IMG/VR virus record: IMGVR_UViG_3300025892_000010
Reading direction: 5' to 3' (one strand)
Origin: a virus
Length of the DNA: 64,000 nucleotides
The notes below the pieces were generated by a model. It ran no database searches. It was not told where the DNA came from and saw only the letters and a list, made by a program, of their open reading frames with translations. Shown one piece after another: positions 1-9,207 of this stretch. Position 1 is the stretch's first letter, and each line of letters begins with the position of its first letter. The position numbers and the translations under genes are program-made.

Positions 1-665
1 TCTATATCACAACATTCATCATATAATTTTAACCATTCTTTTGAGTAATCACAATCTCTATATTCATTAAACCAAGGTCCACCCTCTGTAAAGTGAATAT
101 TTTTTACATCTTTTTTATACTCATACTCACCTGCTAACCAGTTCCACTCTAATGGTAATTCACCAATTAAATTATCATCTGACAACCATTTAAATTGATG
201 TAGTTGTAAACCTGTGGCTGTATTAACATAATCTGGTGTCAATGATGTACACTTATCACAATTCATAAGCATAAAACTAGACCAATTCTTTTTAGGATAT
301 TTTGTTTGTACTTGACCTAAAAATTTTGTTTCTGTTCTAGGTATATAATCGTGTTTACAAACTTGAACGGCATATTTCTCATCACGTAATCGCCATAATT
401 CAGCAATATCACCGACCATTAATTGGTCACAATCCATAAAAACTGCCCAGCCTTTATAGTTTGTAAGATGAGGTACAATAAATCTACTAAAACTAAATTC
501 AGTTGATTCTATATTACTTCTTTCTCTTGTAAAGTTATCTTTTATGTTAGGTAAATATACTGGTGTAATAGATACAGGTCTTGTACTATTTTTTAATATA
601 CTATAAGCAAGAACATTAAACGCCACTTTTTCTTTACTATCATAACCGATAAAAACTTTAATCAT
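1..665 (-). CDS. Glycosyltransferase (GT-A fold, GT8-like), runs off the window edge
   Basis: Not in the ORF track. Read by hand from ATG at 665: MIKVFIGYDSKE...STEFSFSRF...FMDCD...KNWSS...HFTEGGPW; DxD motif. Confidence 0.75.
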   Translation of the reverse strand, partial: MIKVFIGYDSKEKVAFNVLAYSILKNSTRPVSITPVYLPNIKDNFTRERSNIESTEFSFSRFIVPHLTNYKGWAVFMDCDQLMVGDIAELWRLRDEKYAVQVCKHDYIPRTETKFLGQVQTKYPKKNWSSFMLMNCDKCTSLTPDYVNTATGLQLHQFKWLSDDNLIGELPLEWNWLAGEYEYKKDVKNIHFTEGGPWFNEYRDCDYSKEWLKLYDECCDI

Positions 666-1146
666 ATGCAATAATACCCATAACTGGTGTTTTAGTTTCT
701 AAATCGTGTATCTCATCTAACTTCATTCTATACCATTTACCTGGTTCAGGTTTAAATTTAAACTTACACAATTCAGCTTCTTTATCCTGTACTCTTCTTG
801 TTTCATTAATACGTTCATTTTCAAACCATTGGTTCCAAAAACGCCATTGATTATCTTCAAACTTAACAGGATAAAAAAGTATTTCTTGTATTCTATTGTC
901 TACAAACTTATCTGTATCTTGACCAATATAATAGAAAAACTTTTCCTTTTCTGGTAATAGTGTCATTCTCAATTCATTCTTTAACCATTCTCTTAATTCA
1001 TCTGATACCTTATGATAACTAAATTCTTCTCTGTATTTTTCGTAAATACCATCTATTGGTTTTTCTTTTACTACATCAAAGTCTTCTATCAGTTCTTCAG
1101 GTACAGGTTTTATGTTTTCTTCTTGTACATATGAATTGTATATCAT
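658..1146 (-). CDS. Hypothetical protein
   Basis: 162-aa ORF overlapping both neighbours. Confidence 0.6.
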   Translation of the reverse strand: MIYNSYVQEENIKPVPEELIEDFDVVKEKPIDGIYEKYREEFSYHKVSDELREWLKNELRMTLLPEKEKFFYYIGQDTDKFVDNRIQEILFYPVKFEDNQWRFWNQWFENERINETRRVQDKEAELCKFKFKPEPGKWYRMKLDEIHDLETKTPVMGIIAYD

Positions 1147-1859
1147 ACTCTAGCCTCCGGACTTTTCATTAACTTCTTTCTTTTAGGACCTTTTATATGG
1201 TCATAAACTGGTCCTAATATTGACCTTGCTTGAACGTGTCCTACTTTACCGTCACCAATGTCTTTGTTTATAACACCATTTTTTTCAAATCTTTTTCTTA
1301 CTAAATCCCATATATAACTATCGTGTTGTTCTTTTTCTTTATATATTAAATCTTCATTATACATCTTTTGCATTTCAATGCCATAGTTTACCACTTCAGG
1401 ATGTTTCATATTAAAATATAAAAAACCACATTCACTATAATGATTGCCTCTACCTAGATAACTCATCATAGCATTATCACTATGTATATGTTTTTTAATA
1501 AAATCTTCATCTATCATTTTGTAGAATATACTATCTGCGTCTATACAAATTAAACCATCATAGTCTTCATTGGTTATAATTTCATTTGTATAAGCATATA
1601 CTTTATAACTAAATCTAACACCATCATTGATATAACCAGCAGGTGTATCTGCAACAGGTCTTTGTTTGTTTCTATTAACAAACTCCTCGCATTGTGGTAT
1701 TTCATCAAACGTACTTTTAGGAATTAAGTTAGTATGTGGTATATCTAACATATCTTCACTATATACAATCAAGTTAAATGGCCAGTTATAAGTTTCAAAA
1801 AACTTATGACCATATTGTTTGTATAACTTTTTGTTTAATGTGGTAACTACTGCAATCAT
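1143..1859 (-). CDS. Glycosyltransferase-like (GT-A) protein
   Basis: ICIDADS DxD motif, SECGFLYFN, HDSY. Confidence 0.65.
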   Translation of the reverse strand: MIAVVTTLNKKLYKQYGHKFFETYNWPFNLIVYSEDMLDIPHTNLIPKSTFDEIPQCEEFVNRNKQRPVADTPAGYINDGVRFSYKVYAYTNEIITNEDYDGLICIDADSIFYKMIDEDFIKKHIHSDNAMMSYLGRGNHYSECGFLYFNMKHPEVVNYGIEMQKMYNEDLIYKEKEQHDSYIWDLVRKRFEKNGVINKDIGDGKVGHVQARSILGPVYDHIKGPKRKKLMKSPEARV

Positions 1860-2551
1860 TTTGTAAATACGGTTTCTTTTCTCAAATTACCTCTACGGTG
1901 ATATTTAATTGATAACATAATACTTGCTACATCTTCAGCATATTCTTTTTCTCTATCGTTTCTTAATGGTAGTTCTAATACTACAACTGAATCATTCTTT
2001 GCCATCAGCTCTAAACCACCTAATACTATTTCTTTTTCGTGTTCTTGACAATCTACTTTAATAAAATCCACATTCTGGTCAAACTTATTAACATAATCAT
2101 CTAACACAACAACGTCTGTTGTGAGTTTCTTTAATGCACTTTCTTTTAATGTTCTTTTAGAATTACCATATTGTACACCGTGAGATAATAGACTTACGTT
2201 ACCACTTTCATCTGGACTTTGAAATAGAGTTGCACCTTTTTGGTGTTTGTTAGATAAGGCAACTTCTTCTAATTGCCAATTAGTATGGCCTTCCATATTC
2301 TTTTTATAACATTCTATATTATCTGGATGTGGTTCAAATGCAACTACCTTTTCAAACTTTAATGATAAGTCTTTAGACCAAAAACCAATATTACCACCTA
2401 TGTCTAACGCTAGACCTAACTTCTTACAAAATGATGTTGAGAAATCTCTTTGTTCTTTTTGATATTGAAAATTACCATTATGGTCTTGATGTAAATGGTC
2501 TTTGTAATGTGTGTCCCATTCAGGTAACCACCACGTTTTTTCTAGTTTCAC
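1856..2551 (-). CDS. FkbM-family SAM-dependent methyltransferase
   Basis: ALDIGGNIG, AFEP, FIKVDCQ motifs. Confidence 0.85.
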   Translation of the reverse strand: MKLEKTWWLPEWDTHYKDHLHQDHNGNFQYQKEQRDFSTSFCKKLGLALDIGGNIGFWSKDLSLKFEKVVAFEPHPDNIECYKKNMEGHTNWQLEEVALSNKHQKGATLFQSPDESGNVSLLSHGVQYGNSKRTLKESALKKLTTDVVVLDDYVNKFDQNVDFIKVDCQEHEKEIVLGGLELMAKNDSVVVLELPLRNDREKEYAEDVASIMLSIKYHRRGNLRKETVFTK

Positions 2552-3120
2552 TTTTCACTTCCTACTTTTTGTATAAAATAACTATCTGCAATATCTGATA
2601 ATGGATTGCCTGCTTTATCAGTATCAAATATTTTTTTCAAGTCAATTTTAGTTTCTTTTATAAATGCATTTAACATCATATCTTTGTCTGCGTTACCTTT
2701 TCCTGTTGCACCTTTTTTAACAACACTCGGTACAACGGTATCGTAAGGTATATTTTCTTCTTGTAATCTATATTTGAGTATGCCACAATTTTCAGCGATT
2801 TGAAAAAGGCCTTGACCTTTTGAACCATAAGAGTAACCCTCAATATAAACCATAGGCTCAAGTAATGGTTCAATAATGTCCAATGCAAAATCTGAAATGT
2901 ATTTGAATCTTTGAATAGGGTCAGTCCATTCTTTATGTTCATAACCAATAATTTCCTCACTCATCATACCAATATGTTTCTTTTTATTTGTCAAATAGAA
3001 AAACATTAAACTACCATTATCAATACAAATGGCAGGACTTGTTAAACTATAATCAATTCCAACTATCGTCTTCGGCTTTTTCAAAATCTGTGTCATCAAT
3101 TTCCTCAACTTCCCATCCAC
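2548..3120 (-). CDS. RuvC-like (RNase H fold) nuclease/resolvase
   Basis: GIDYS...IEGYS...ATGKGNADK...DIADS; true start probably the internal MTQILK. Confidence 0.75.
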   Translation of the reverse strand: MDGKLRKLMTQILKKPKTIVGIDYSLTSPAICIDNGSLMFFYLTNKKKHIGMMSEEIIGYEHKEWTDPIQRFKYISDFALDIIEPLLEPMVYIEGYSYGSKGQGLFQIAENCGILKYRLQEENIPYDTVVPSVVKKGATGKGNADKDMMLNAFIKETKIDLKKIFDTDKAGNPLSDIADSYFIQKVGSEK

Positions 3121-3226
3121 AAAAAGGACAAGTAAGAGGTTCTAAATCTTGAACCTCTGTATCCCATTCTATGGTATATTTAGTCTCGCAATTTGAACAC
3201 GTTTTTTTAGCTTTTTCTAATGACAT
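3053..3226 (-). CDS. Small zinc-ribbon protein, 57 aa
   Basis: Hand-translated MSLEKAKKTCSNCETKY...LTCPFCGWEVEEIDDTDFEKAEDDSWN; TAATG coupling to the nrdB stop. Confidence 0.7.
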   Translation of the reverse strand: MSLEKAKKTCSNCETKYTIEWDTEVQDLEPLTCPFCGWEVEEIDDTDFEKAEDDSWN

Positions 3227-4329
3227 TATAGTTTGAATTTCTTAAATTGGTCTTTCTTAACATCTTGTTTAATACCACCGATTACATAACTTTCAATTTC
3301 TGTTTCCTGTGGAGCATTTTGTGTTGAACGACTATTTAACCAATGTTCTACCCACGGAAGTGGATTTGCTTTCTGTTCGTATCTTGGCTCTAGGCCTATG
3401 CCTTTCATTCTTCGGTTCGCCATATACTCTACAAATTGGTGTAATAGTTTTTCTGATAAACCAATCATACTTCCTTTGGAAAATAGATAAGTTGCCCAAC
3501 GTTTTTCCTCCTGTACAGCCTCATCATACATTTTATAAACTTCTTTTTCAGTATCTTTAATAACCTTATTCATAACTTTGTCATTTTCGTGGTCTCTATA
3601 ATTATTAATAATTCTTTGAGACATTGCTAAGTGTTGTGATTCATCACGAGCAATAAATGAAATAATTTTAGCAGAGCCTTCTAGTAATTTTAATTCACCA
3701 AATGCAAACGAACAAGCAAACGATACATAAAATCTTAAACCCTCTAATATATTTACCGTTACCAATGCTTTCCATAATTTACTCTTTAGTGTATATTCAT
3801 CTACTGACTTTTTATCTAAATGCCATTTATAACCTGAATCAATCAAGTCATCATAAGTTTCAGTAATAGTCTTTGCTCTTCTCTGTATTTTCTCATCACC
3901 AATAATAGTGTCAAACACATCACTAGGTTGTGAGTATAAATTCTTTATAATGTAGGTATAACTTCTACTATGAATAGTCTCTATGAAATCCCAGGTAACA
4001 ATACAGCCTTCTATCTCCGGTAAAGATACAAATGGTAAAAATGCAAGACACGGACCTCTGCCTTGTACAGAGTCTAACATTGTCTGATACTTTAGATTAG
4101 CAGTAAATATAAACTTTTGCTGTTCATTAAGTTCAGCATAATCGTTTCTATCTTTCTGTAAAGATACTTCTTCTGGTCTCCAAAAATAGCCTAGTTGTTG
4201 TTGGTTAAGTTTATCAAATATAGGATATTTCATATCACTATATTGTTGTACTTGTAAATCTTCACCAAAAAACATAGGTTGTTTTGTGAAATCTAAATTA
4301 TTCTCTGTATTAAAAACGCTTCTTCCCAT
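3226..4329 (-). CDS. nrdB: Ribonucleotide reductase class Ia beta subunit
   Basis: FWRPEEV, ETIHSRSY, LEGLRFYVSF, RDESQH. Confidence 0.97.
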   Translation of the reverse strand: MGRSVFNTENNLDFTKQPMFFGEDLQVQQYSDMKYPIFDKLNQQQLGYFWRPEEVSLQKDRNDYAELNEQQKFIFTANLKYQTMLDSVQGRGPCLAFLPFVSLPEIEGCIVTWDFIETIHSRSYTYIIKNLYSQPSDVFDTIIGDEKIQRRAKTITETYDDLIDSGYKWHLDKKSVDEYTLKSKLWKALVTVNILEGLRFYVSFACSFAFGELKLLEGSAKIISFIARDESQHLAMSQRIINNYRDHENDKVMNKVIKDTEKEVYKMYDEAVQEEKRWATYLFSKGSMIGLSEKLLHQFVEYMANRRMKGIGLEPRYEQKANPLPWVEHWLNSRSTQNAPQETEIESYVIGGIKQDVKKDQFKKFKL

Positions 4330-4973
4330 TATTCCTTATTCTCCTTTAGTTCATAAAAAAACTTATCGTCATCACCTGCTGTCCATTTTTGTTCTCCCTC
4401 TACACTATACTCCTTGGTGGACACTTTGAAGTCGGGAAACTTCAACTCGCTTGGAGTATAACTCTTATCATAAAATATTACTCTATTATTAGGTTGAGCG
4501 GCAAAATGGCCATTCTCTAACTTTAGAATATTAAAACTCTTATGTTGACTTGGTACTTCGCTATAGGTCACATTCCTCTCCAAGTTCGTAGAGTTCGCAT
4601 TATCAATTGTAAACATATACCAACCTTTGTACCATTTTCTATTTGGCGACAAATACTTACATTGGTTGCCAGATAGCATTTGTTTTTCAACGATTGCAAT
4701 ATCATAACTGAAACAATCCCATAGCTGTAATTCTGTTAACGGTATACTTTCTTTTATATCTTTTTTCCATACAAACGCACTAATCGGTAATTTATCGTAT
4801 AAGGCACCATACTCTGGTATATAAGTTTCAAAGTATAAAGCTCTGCCTTGAATAGACTTTGCCGATACCCAAACGCCTTCAACTAATTCACCGTGTCCTT
4901 TTTCATTATTATATAGATACTCTTTCTTAACATACACATCAATATGAGGTGTATTGACACACAAATATGCCAT
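4329..4973 (-). CDS. Hypothetical protein between nrdA and nrdB
   Basis: 214-aa ORF, translationally coupled to nrdB. Confidence 0.7.
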   Translation of the reverse strand: MAYLCVNTPHIDVYVKKEYLYNNEKGHGELVEGVWVSAKSIQGRALYFETYIPEYGALYDKLPISAFVWKKDIKESIPLTELQLWDCFSYDIAIVEKQMLSGNQCKYLSPNRKWYKGWYMFTIDNANSTNLERNVTYSEVPSQHKSFNILKLENGHFAAQPNNRVIFYDKSYTPSELKFPDFKVSTKEYSVEGEQKWTAGDDDKFFYELKENKE

Positions 4974-4986
4974 AAGTTACCTTTCT

Positions 4987-7302
4987 CTATATTGTACAAC
5001 TATCGCAATCTTCTTCAGCCTGCAACGTTGCTGGTTCTGTTTCTTCTACCTTGTCTTTCCAACCAAGTGGATGACTAGGTTCATCTTCATCTTTCTTACT
5101 ATCATATGTATTTTGATAATAAGAAGTCTTCCAACCTAATTTATATGTAGTCAACAAGTCTTGAGCCATAACTGATATTGGCACTTGACCCTCTTCAAAG
5201 TGTTCGGGATTATATGACCAGTTACCAGAAATTGCTTGGTCAAAATATTTCTGCATAACTGCAACGATATTTATATATCCTGTGTTCCCTTTCATATCCC
5301 ATAATAGAGTATATGAGTTCTTTAATCGTTGATAATCTGGTACAATTTGTTTCAGCGTACCCTTTTTAGACTTTTTAACTGACAAATAGTCTCTAGGTGG
5401 TTCTATGCCATTTGTCGCATTAGAAACCACACTAGAAGATTCAGACGGCATTTGAGCAGATAAGGTGCTATGTCTTAGCCCAAACTCTTTGATGTCTTTT
5501 CTTAATTGTTCCCACTTCATAGATAGTTTACGATTTACAATCTCATCTACCTCTTTTTTGTAGGTATCAATTGGTAAGATACCGTCTGAATATTTTGTTT
5601 TATGAAAGTAATCACATTGACCTTTTTCTTTTGCAATCTCATTACTTGCTTTTAATAGATAATATTGGAAAGCTTCTGTTAATTCATCAACTTCTTTCCA
5701 CGCTTGTTTATCTTCATATGATAATTTTAGTTTTGCTAGATAGTGTGCAAGACCAATATAACCTATTCCTAAACTTCTTCTTGCCTTTGTAGATACTTCG
5801 GCAGCCTTAACTGGATATTGTTGATGGTCTATGATTTCATCTAAAGCTCTTACTGCTAAATCACAAAGACTATCTAAATCTTCAAGATAACTAATTTTAC
5901 CTACATTGATTGCACTTAAAATACACAATGCAATTTCACCACCACCATCAATGTGTTGAATAGGGTCTGTTGGTAATGTAATCTCTTGACATAAGTTAGA
6001 CATATAAATTCTGTCTTTAAAGCTAGAGTGTGTATTACAATGGTCAATATTCATAATGTAAATACGACCTGTCTCCGCTCTTTCTTTTAACATATTTGTA
6101 AATAATTCTTGAGCACCTATTTTTTTCTTTTTAACACTTGTTTTTCTTTCTGCTTTAAGGTAAATGTCATCAAACGTCTCTGTACCCCACGCTTCATAGA
6201 GTTCAGGTACTTCGTGTGGTGAGAATAAAGTAATTTCTTCATCATTAATAAATCTTTCATAAAATAGTTTAGATATTTGTATAGAGTAATCTAATTTTCT
6301 AACTCTATTATCCTCTGTACCTTTATTATTTTTTAAAACAATAATGTCTTCTATCTCTTGGTGCCAAATAGGGAAGTGAACCGTTGCACTACCACCTCTA
6401 ACACCGTTTTGAGTACAACACTTAACCGTTGCTTCAAACTTTTTGAGGAACGGTATAACTCCTGTGTGTTGGACTTCACCGCCTCTAATTCTGGCGTTAA
6501 TACCTCTAATTCTCCCAGCGTTAATACCGATACCAGCCCTTTGTGCAACATAGTTACCAATAGCCATATCACTACTGAAAATACTAGGCAAAGTATCATC
6601 AACATCAACCAACACACAACTAGCATACTGGCGAATAGGTGTCCTAACACCGGCCATAACTGGTGTAGGAATATTGATTTTAAATTTTGAAATAGCGTCA
6701 TAATATTTTTTAACATAACTCATCCTCTTTTGTTTTGGGTACTTTGCAAATAGTGTGGCACTAATCATCATATACATAAATTGAGGTGTTTCAAACAACT
6801 CGCCTGTACTTCTATCTTGTACCAGATATTTGTCAATTACCTGTCGTAGACCTGCATATGTAAAATCGTAATCTCTTTCGTGAGTAACCCAATTTTCCAT
6901 TCGGTCAAAATCTTTTTTATCGTACCAATTTAATATTTCTGAATCATATACACCAATGTCAACACCTTTTTTAACGTGGTCAAAAATATGTGGGTGGTCC
7001 CAAAGTTTTCTGAAAATTTGTTTTCTTAATGAGAACAATAATAGTCTTGAAGCGACAAATTGATAATTAGGATTATCTAAAGAAATTAAATCTGAAGCTG
7101 ACTTGATTAATATTTTTTGAATTTCGTCTGTTGTAATACCATCATAAAATTGTAAACCACTATTCATTTCAACCTGTGATGAAGAAACACCTGATATATC
7201 TTCACAAGCATACTCAACCATTTCGTGTATCTTATCAATGTTAAGAGGTTCGTATCCTCTGCCATTTCTTTTCTTCACTTTCAATACATTATTTTCTACC
7301 AT
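4987..7302 (-). CDS. nrdA: Ribonucleotide reductase class Ia alpha subunit with ATP cone
   Basis: N-terminal VKKRNG ATP cone, SNLCQEI, C-terminal CDSC. Confidence 0.97.
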   Translation of the reverse strand: MVENNVLKVKKRNGRGYEPLNIDKIHEMVEYACEDISGVSSSQVEMNSGLQFYDGITTDEIQKILIKSASDLISLDNPNYQFVASRLLLFSLRKQIFRKLWDHPHIFDHVKKGVDIGVYDSEILNWYDKKDFDRMENWVTHERDYDFTYAGLRQVIDKYLVQDRSTGELFETPQFMYMMISATLFAKYPKQKRMSYVKKYYDAISKFKINIPTPVMAGVRTPIRQYASCVLVDVDDTLPSIFSSDMAIGNYVAQRAGIGINAGRIRGINARIRGGEVQHTGVIPFLKKFEATVKCCTQNGVRGGSATVHFPIWHQEIEDIIVLKNNKGTEDNRVRKLDYSIQISKLFYERFINDEEITLFSPHEVPELYEAWGTETFDDIYLKAERKTSVKKKKIGAQELFTNMLKERAETGRIYIMNIDHCNTHSSFKDRIYMSNLCQEITLPTDPIQHIDGGGEIALCILSAINVGKISYLEDLDSLCDLAVRALDEIIDHQQYPVKAAEVSTKARRSLGIGYIGLAHYLAKLKLSYEDKQAWKEVDELTEAFQYYLLKASNEIAKEKGQCDYFHKTKYSDGILPIDTYKKEVDEIVNRKLSMKWEQLRKDIKEFGLRHSTLSAQMPSESSSVVSNATNGIEPPRDYLSVKKSKKGTLKQIVPDYQRLKNSYTLLWDMKGNTGYINIVAVMQKYFDQAISGNWSYNPEHFEEGQVPISVMAQDLLTTYKLGWKTSYYQNTYDSKKDEDEPSHPLGWKDKVEETEPATLQAEEDCDSCTI

Positions 7303-7311
7303 ACTTCTCTC

Positions 7312-8310
7312 CTAACATTTCTTATAATCGGTTAATTTCGTCAAGGCACTTAATTTAGAATACGTGTTATTACTTATAATATCTTTTATTTCACTTTTAG
7401 AGGTTCCTGACGTAATTAAATCATTTACATCTTTAGATTGTATGTGTTGTGGCCAAATAAAAATCTTATAATTTTTTTCAACAACATCATACATTCTTTT
7501 TATTATTTCTTTATTTCTTGGTTCATTATCAAATATATAAGTTACCTGTTCAGGTGGCACACGTAAAGTTAAGTCGGCGCCGCCAGCAGCCAAACAATTG
7601 TCAATAAACATACTATCAATTGGTCCTTCAACAATAAAAATATCATTCTGTAAATTTACTTTATCAAGACCAAAAACTTTTTGTTTATTCTCATCAAGTT
7701 TTATTGTGAGATATTTTGGTTGTTCTTTACCAAAGGCACGGCCTTGAAAAGCAAATGGTTTGCCATCAACACCGTAAAAAGGTATTAACAACCTAGGGTG
7801 TTCGCCTTTTGTGTGAGGGAAAGTATTTGGTTTAACCTCATTTACAAATGACATAAATTTATTACAAAAATACAACTTGTCAAAGTATTCAATTGGTATT
7901 TGTCTTTTTATAATATATTGTCTCGCTGGGTGTTCATCATCTAATTCACTTATCTTCTTAAATTTACTAAAATGGTCTATGTCATTAAACTTTGTAGGTT
8001 TAAAGTCAAATTTAGGTGCTGGCGTGGAGGGTGCCGAACCTTTATATCGTTCTAGTAAATATTGTTCATACTTTTTAGGGTCTATGAATTTTAAAAAATT
8101 AGTGAGACTTTGGCCTTCGCCACAATTATGGCATTTAAAGAACATATCATTTTTAACTTGATAAAAATACGCTCTCGCTTTTGTTTTACTCTTTTTAGAA
8201 TCACCACAATGAGGACACCTGAAGTTGAAAAGGTAGTCACCTTTTTTCTTGAATTGTCCTAATCTGGAAGATAATTCGTTAATAAATTTTAAATCAATAT
8301 AACTAGACAT
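7312..8310 (-). CDS. gp61: DNA primase (T4 gp61)
   Basis: CPHCGDS...CHNCG Zn finger, VEGPIDS TOPRIM, FDNE; start set at MSSYID. Confidence 0.93.
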   Translation of the reverse strand: MSSYIDLKFINELSSRLGQFKKKGDYLFNFRCPHCGDSKKSKTKARAYFYQVKNDMFFKCHNCGEGQSLTNFLKFIDPKKYEQYLLERYKGSAPSTPAPKFDFKPTKFNDIDHFSKFKKISELDDEHPARQYIIKRQIPIEYFDKLYFCNKFMSFVNEVKPNTFPHTKGEHPRLLIPFYGVDGKPFAFQGRAFGKEQPKYLTIKLDENKQKVFGLDKVNLQNDIFIVEGPIDSMFIDNCLAAGGADLTLRVPPEQVTYIFDNEPRNKEIIKRMYDVVEKNYKIFIWPQHIQSKDVNDLITSGTSKSEIKDIISNNTYSKLSALTKLTDYKKC

Positions 8311-8319
8311 AGCAAATAC

Positions 8320-8348
8320 AATATACAATAATCTCACTCAATTGTCAA
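8320..8348 (-). promoter_or_regulatory. Sigma70-type promoter for primase
   Basis: TTGACA-17-TATATT. Confidence 0.7.
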
Positions 8349-8417
8349 TGGTGGAAAAACTTCCTAATCAAAAAAATACCAGAGAATTTTCAGCGCTGTT
8401 TTTCTAACAAAAGCGCT

Positions 8418-8843
8418 TTAGTTCATCATAGCTAGAATAGTTTTGAAATTATTTGATAATATCCAACCTATTACGATAGAACCACCTAATACCAACCATT
8501 TATATTTCTCTAGTATACCAACTCTCCCACCAATGTCAAGCTTTAATTGCCTGATTTCTAGTAAAAGTTTTTTTTCTACCTGTTGGATTTCTTTTGATAA
8601 TTCTTTGTGAACATTATCTATCTCTCCAGCTCTTTCTCTTAATTTTTCAAAGATAACTTCGTCTGTTTGTTCTTGTCTGGAGATTTTCTCTTCGTGTACG
8701 GCTAACATCTGTTTAATACAGGTAGATACATCTGTTAGTTTGTCTATTGCTGTGTCAAGTCTACCGTGGATTGTTTGTACGTTCTCCACGTCTTTTTTTA
8801 GACCAGCTATATCAACGATTACTTGTTTCTCTATGTCAGCCAT
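8418..8843 (-). CDS. Coiled-coil protein with C-terminal TM helix (XhlA/holin-like architecture)
   Basis: Heptad-rich body followed by WLVLGGSIVIGWIL. Confidence 0.5.
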   Translation of the reverse strand: MADIEKQVIVDIAGLKKDVENVQTIHGRLDTAIDKLTDVSTCIKQMLAVHEEKISRQEQTDEVIFEKLRERAGEIDNVHKELSKEIQQVEKKLLLEIRQLKLDIGGRVGILEKYKWLVLGGSIVIGWILSNNFKTILAMMN

Positions 8844-8854
8844 TGATACACTTT

Positions 8855-9196
8855 CTAATTAGCTAATGGGTTTTGTGCTTTTAGTTTTAATTCTTGTATT
8901 TGTAATTTTAAAACTTCTACTTCTTTTTCTAATACTGCGACATTAGTTTCATTCTTTTTGATACCTGATACATCTGGTGCTTCTGCTTCAGATTTTTCAA
9001 GTAAAGAAATTCTTTCATTTGATTTAGCAATTTCAGCCGTATTTTTTGTGATACCTGATACGTCTATGCTAGAACCTTCTATTGCTGATAGTCTTGTATT
9101 AAATTCGCCCCAAGCATAAAAACCACCACCTATGGTAGCGATTACACCTATCAAGGCTGCGTATGTAGATAGTTTATCTACTATTCCATTTTTCAT
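8855..9196 (-). CDS. Membrane-anchored coiled-coil protein
   Basis: N-terminal TM (YAALIGVIATIGGGFYAW); internal repeat DVSGI(T/K)KN. Confidence 0.6.
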   Translation of the reverse strand: MKNGIVDKLSTYAALIGVIATIGGGFYAWGEFNTRLSAIEGSSIDVSGITKNTAEIAKSNERISLLEKSEAEAPDVSGIKKNETNVAVLEKEVEVLKLQIQELKLKAQNPLAN

Positions 9197-9207
9197 TTTT
9201 ATCCCTT

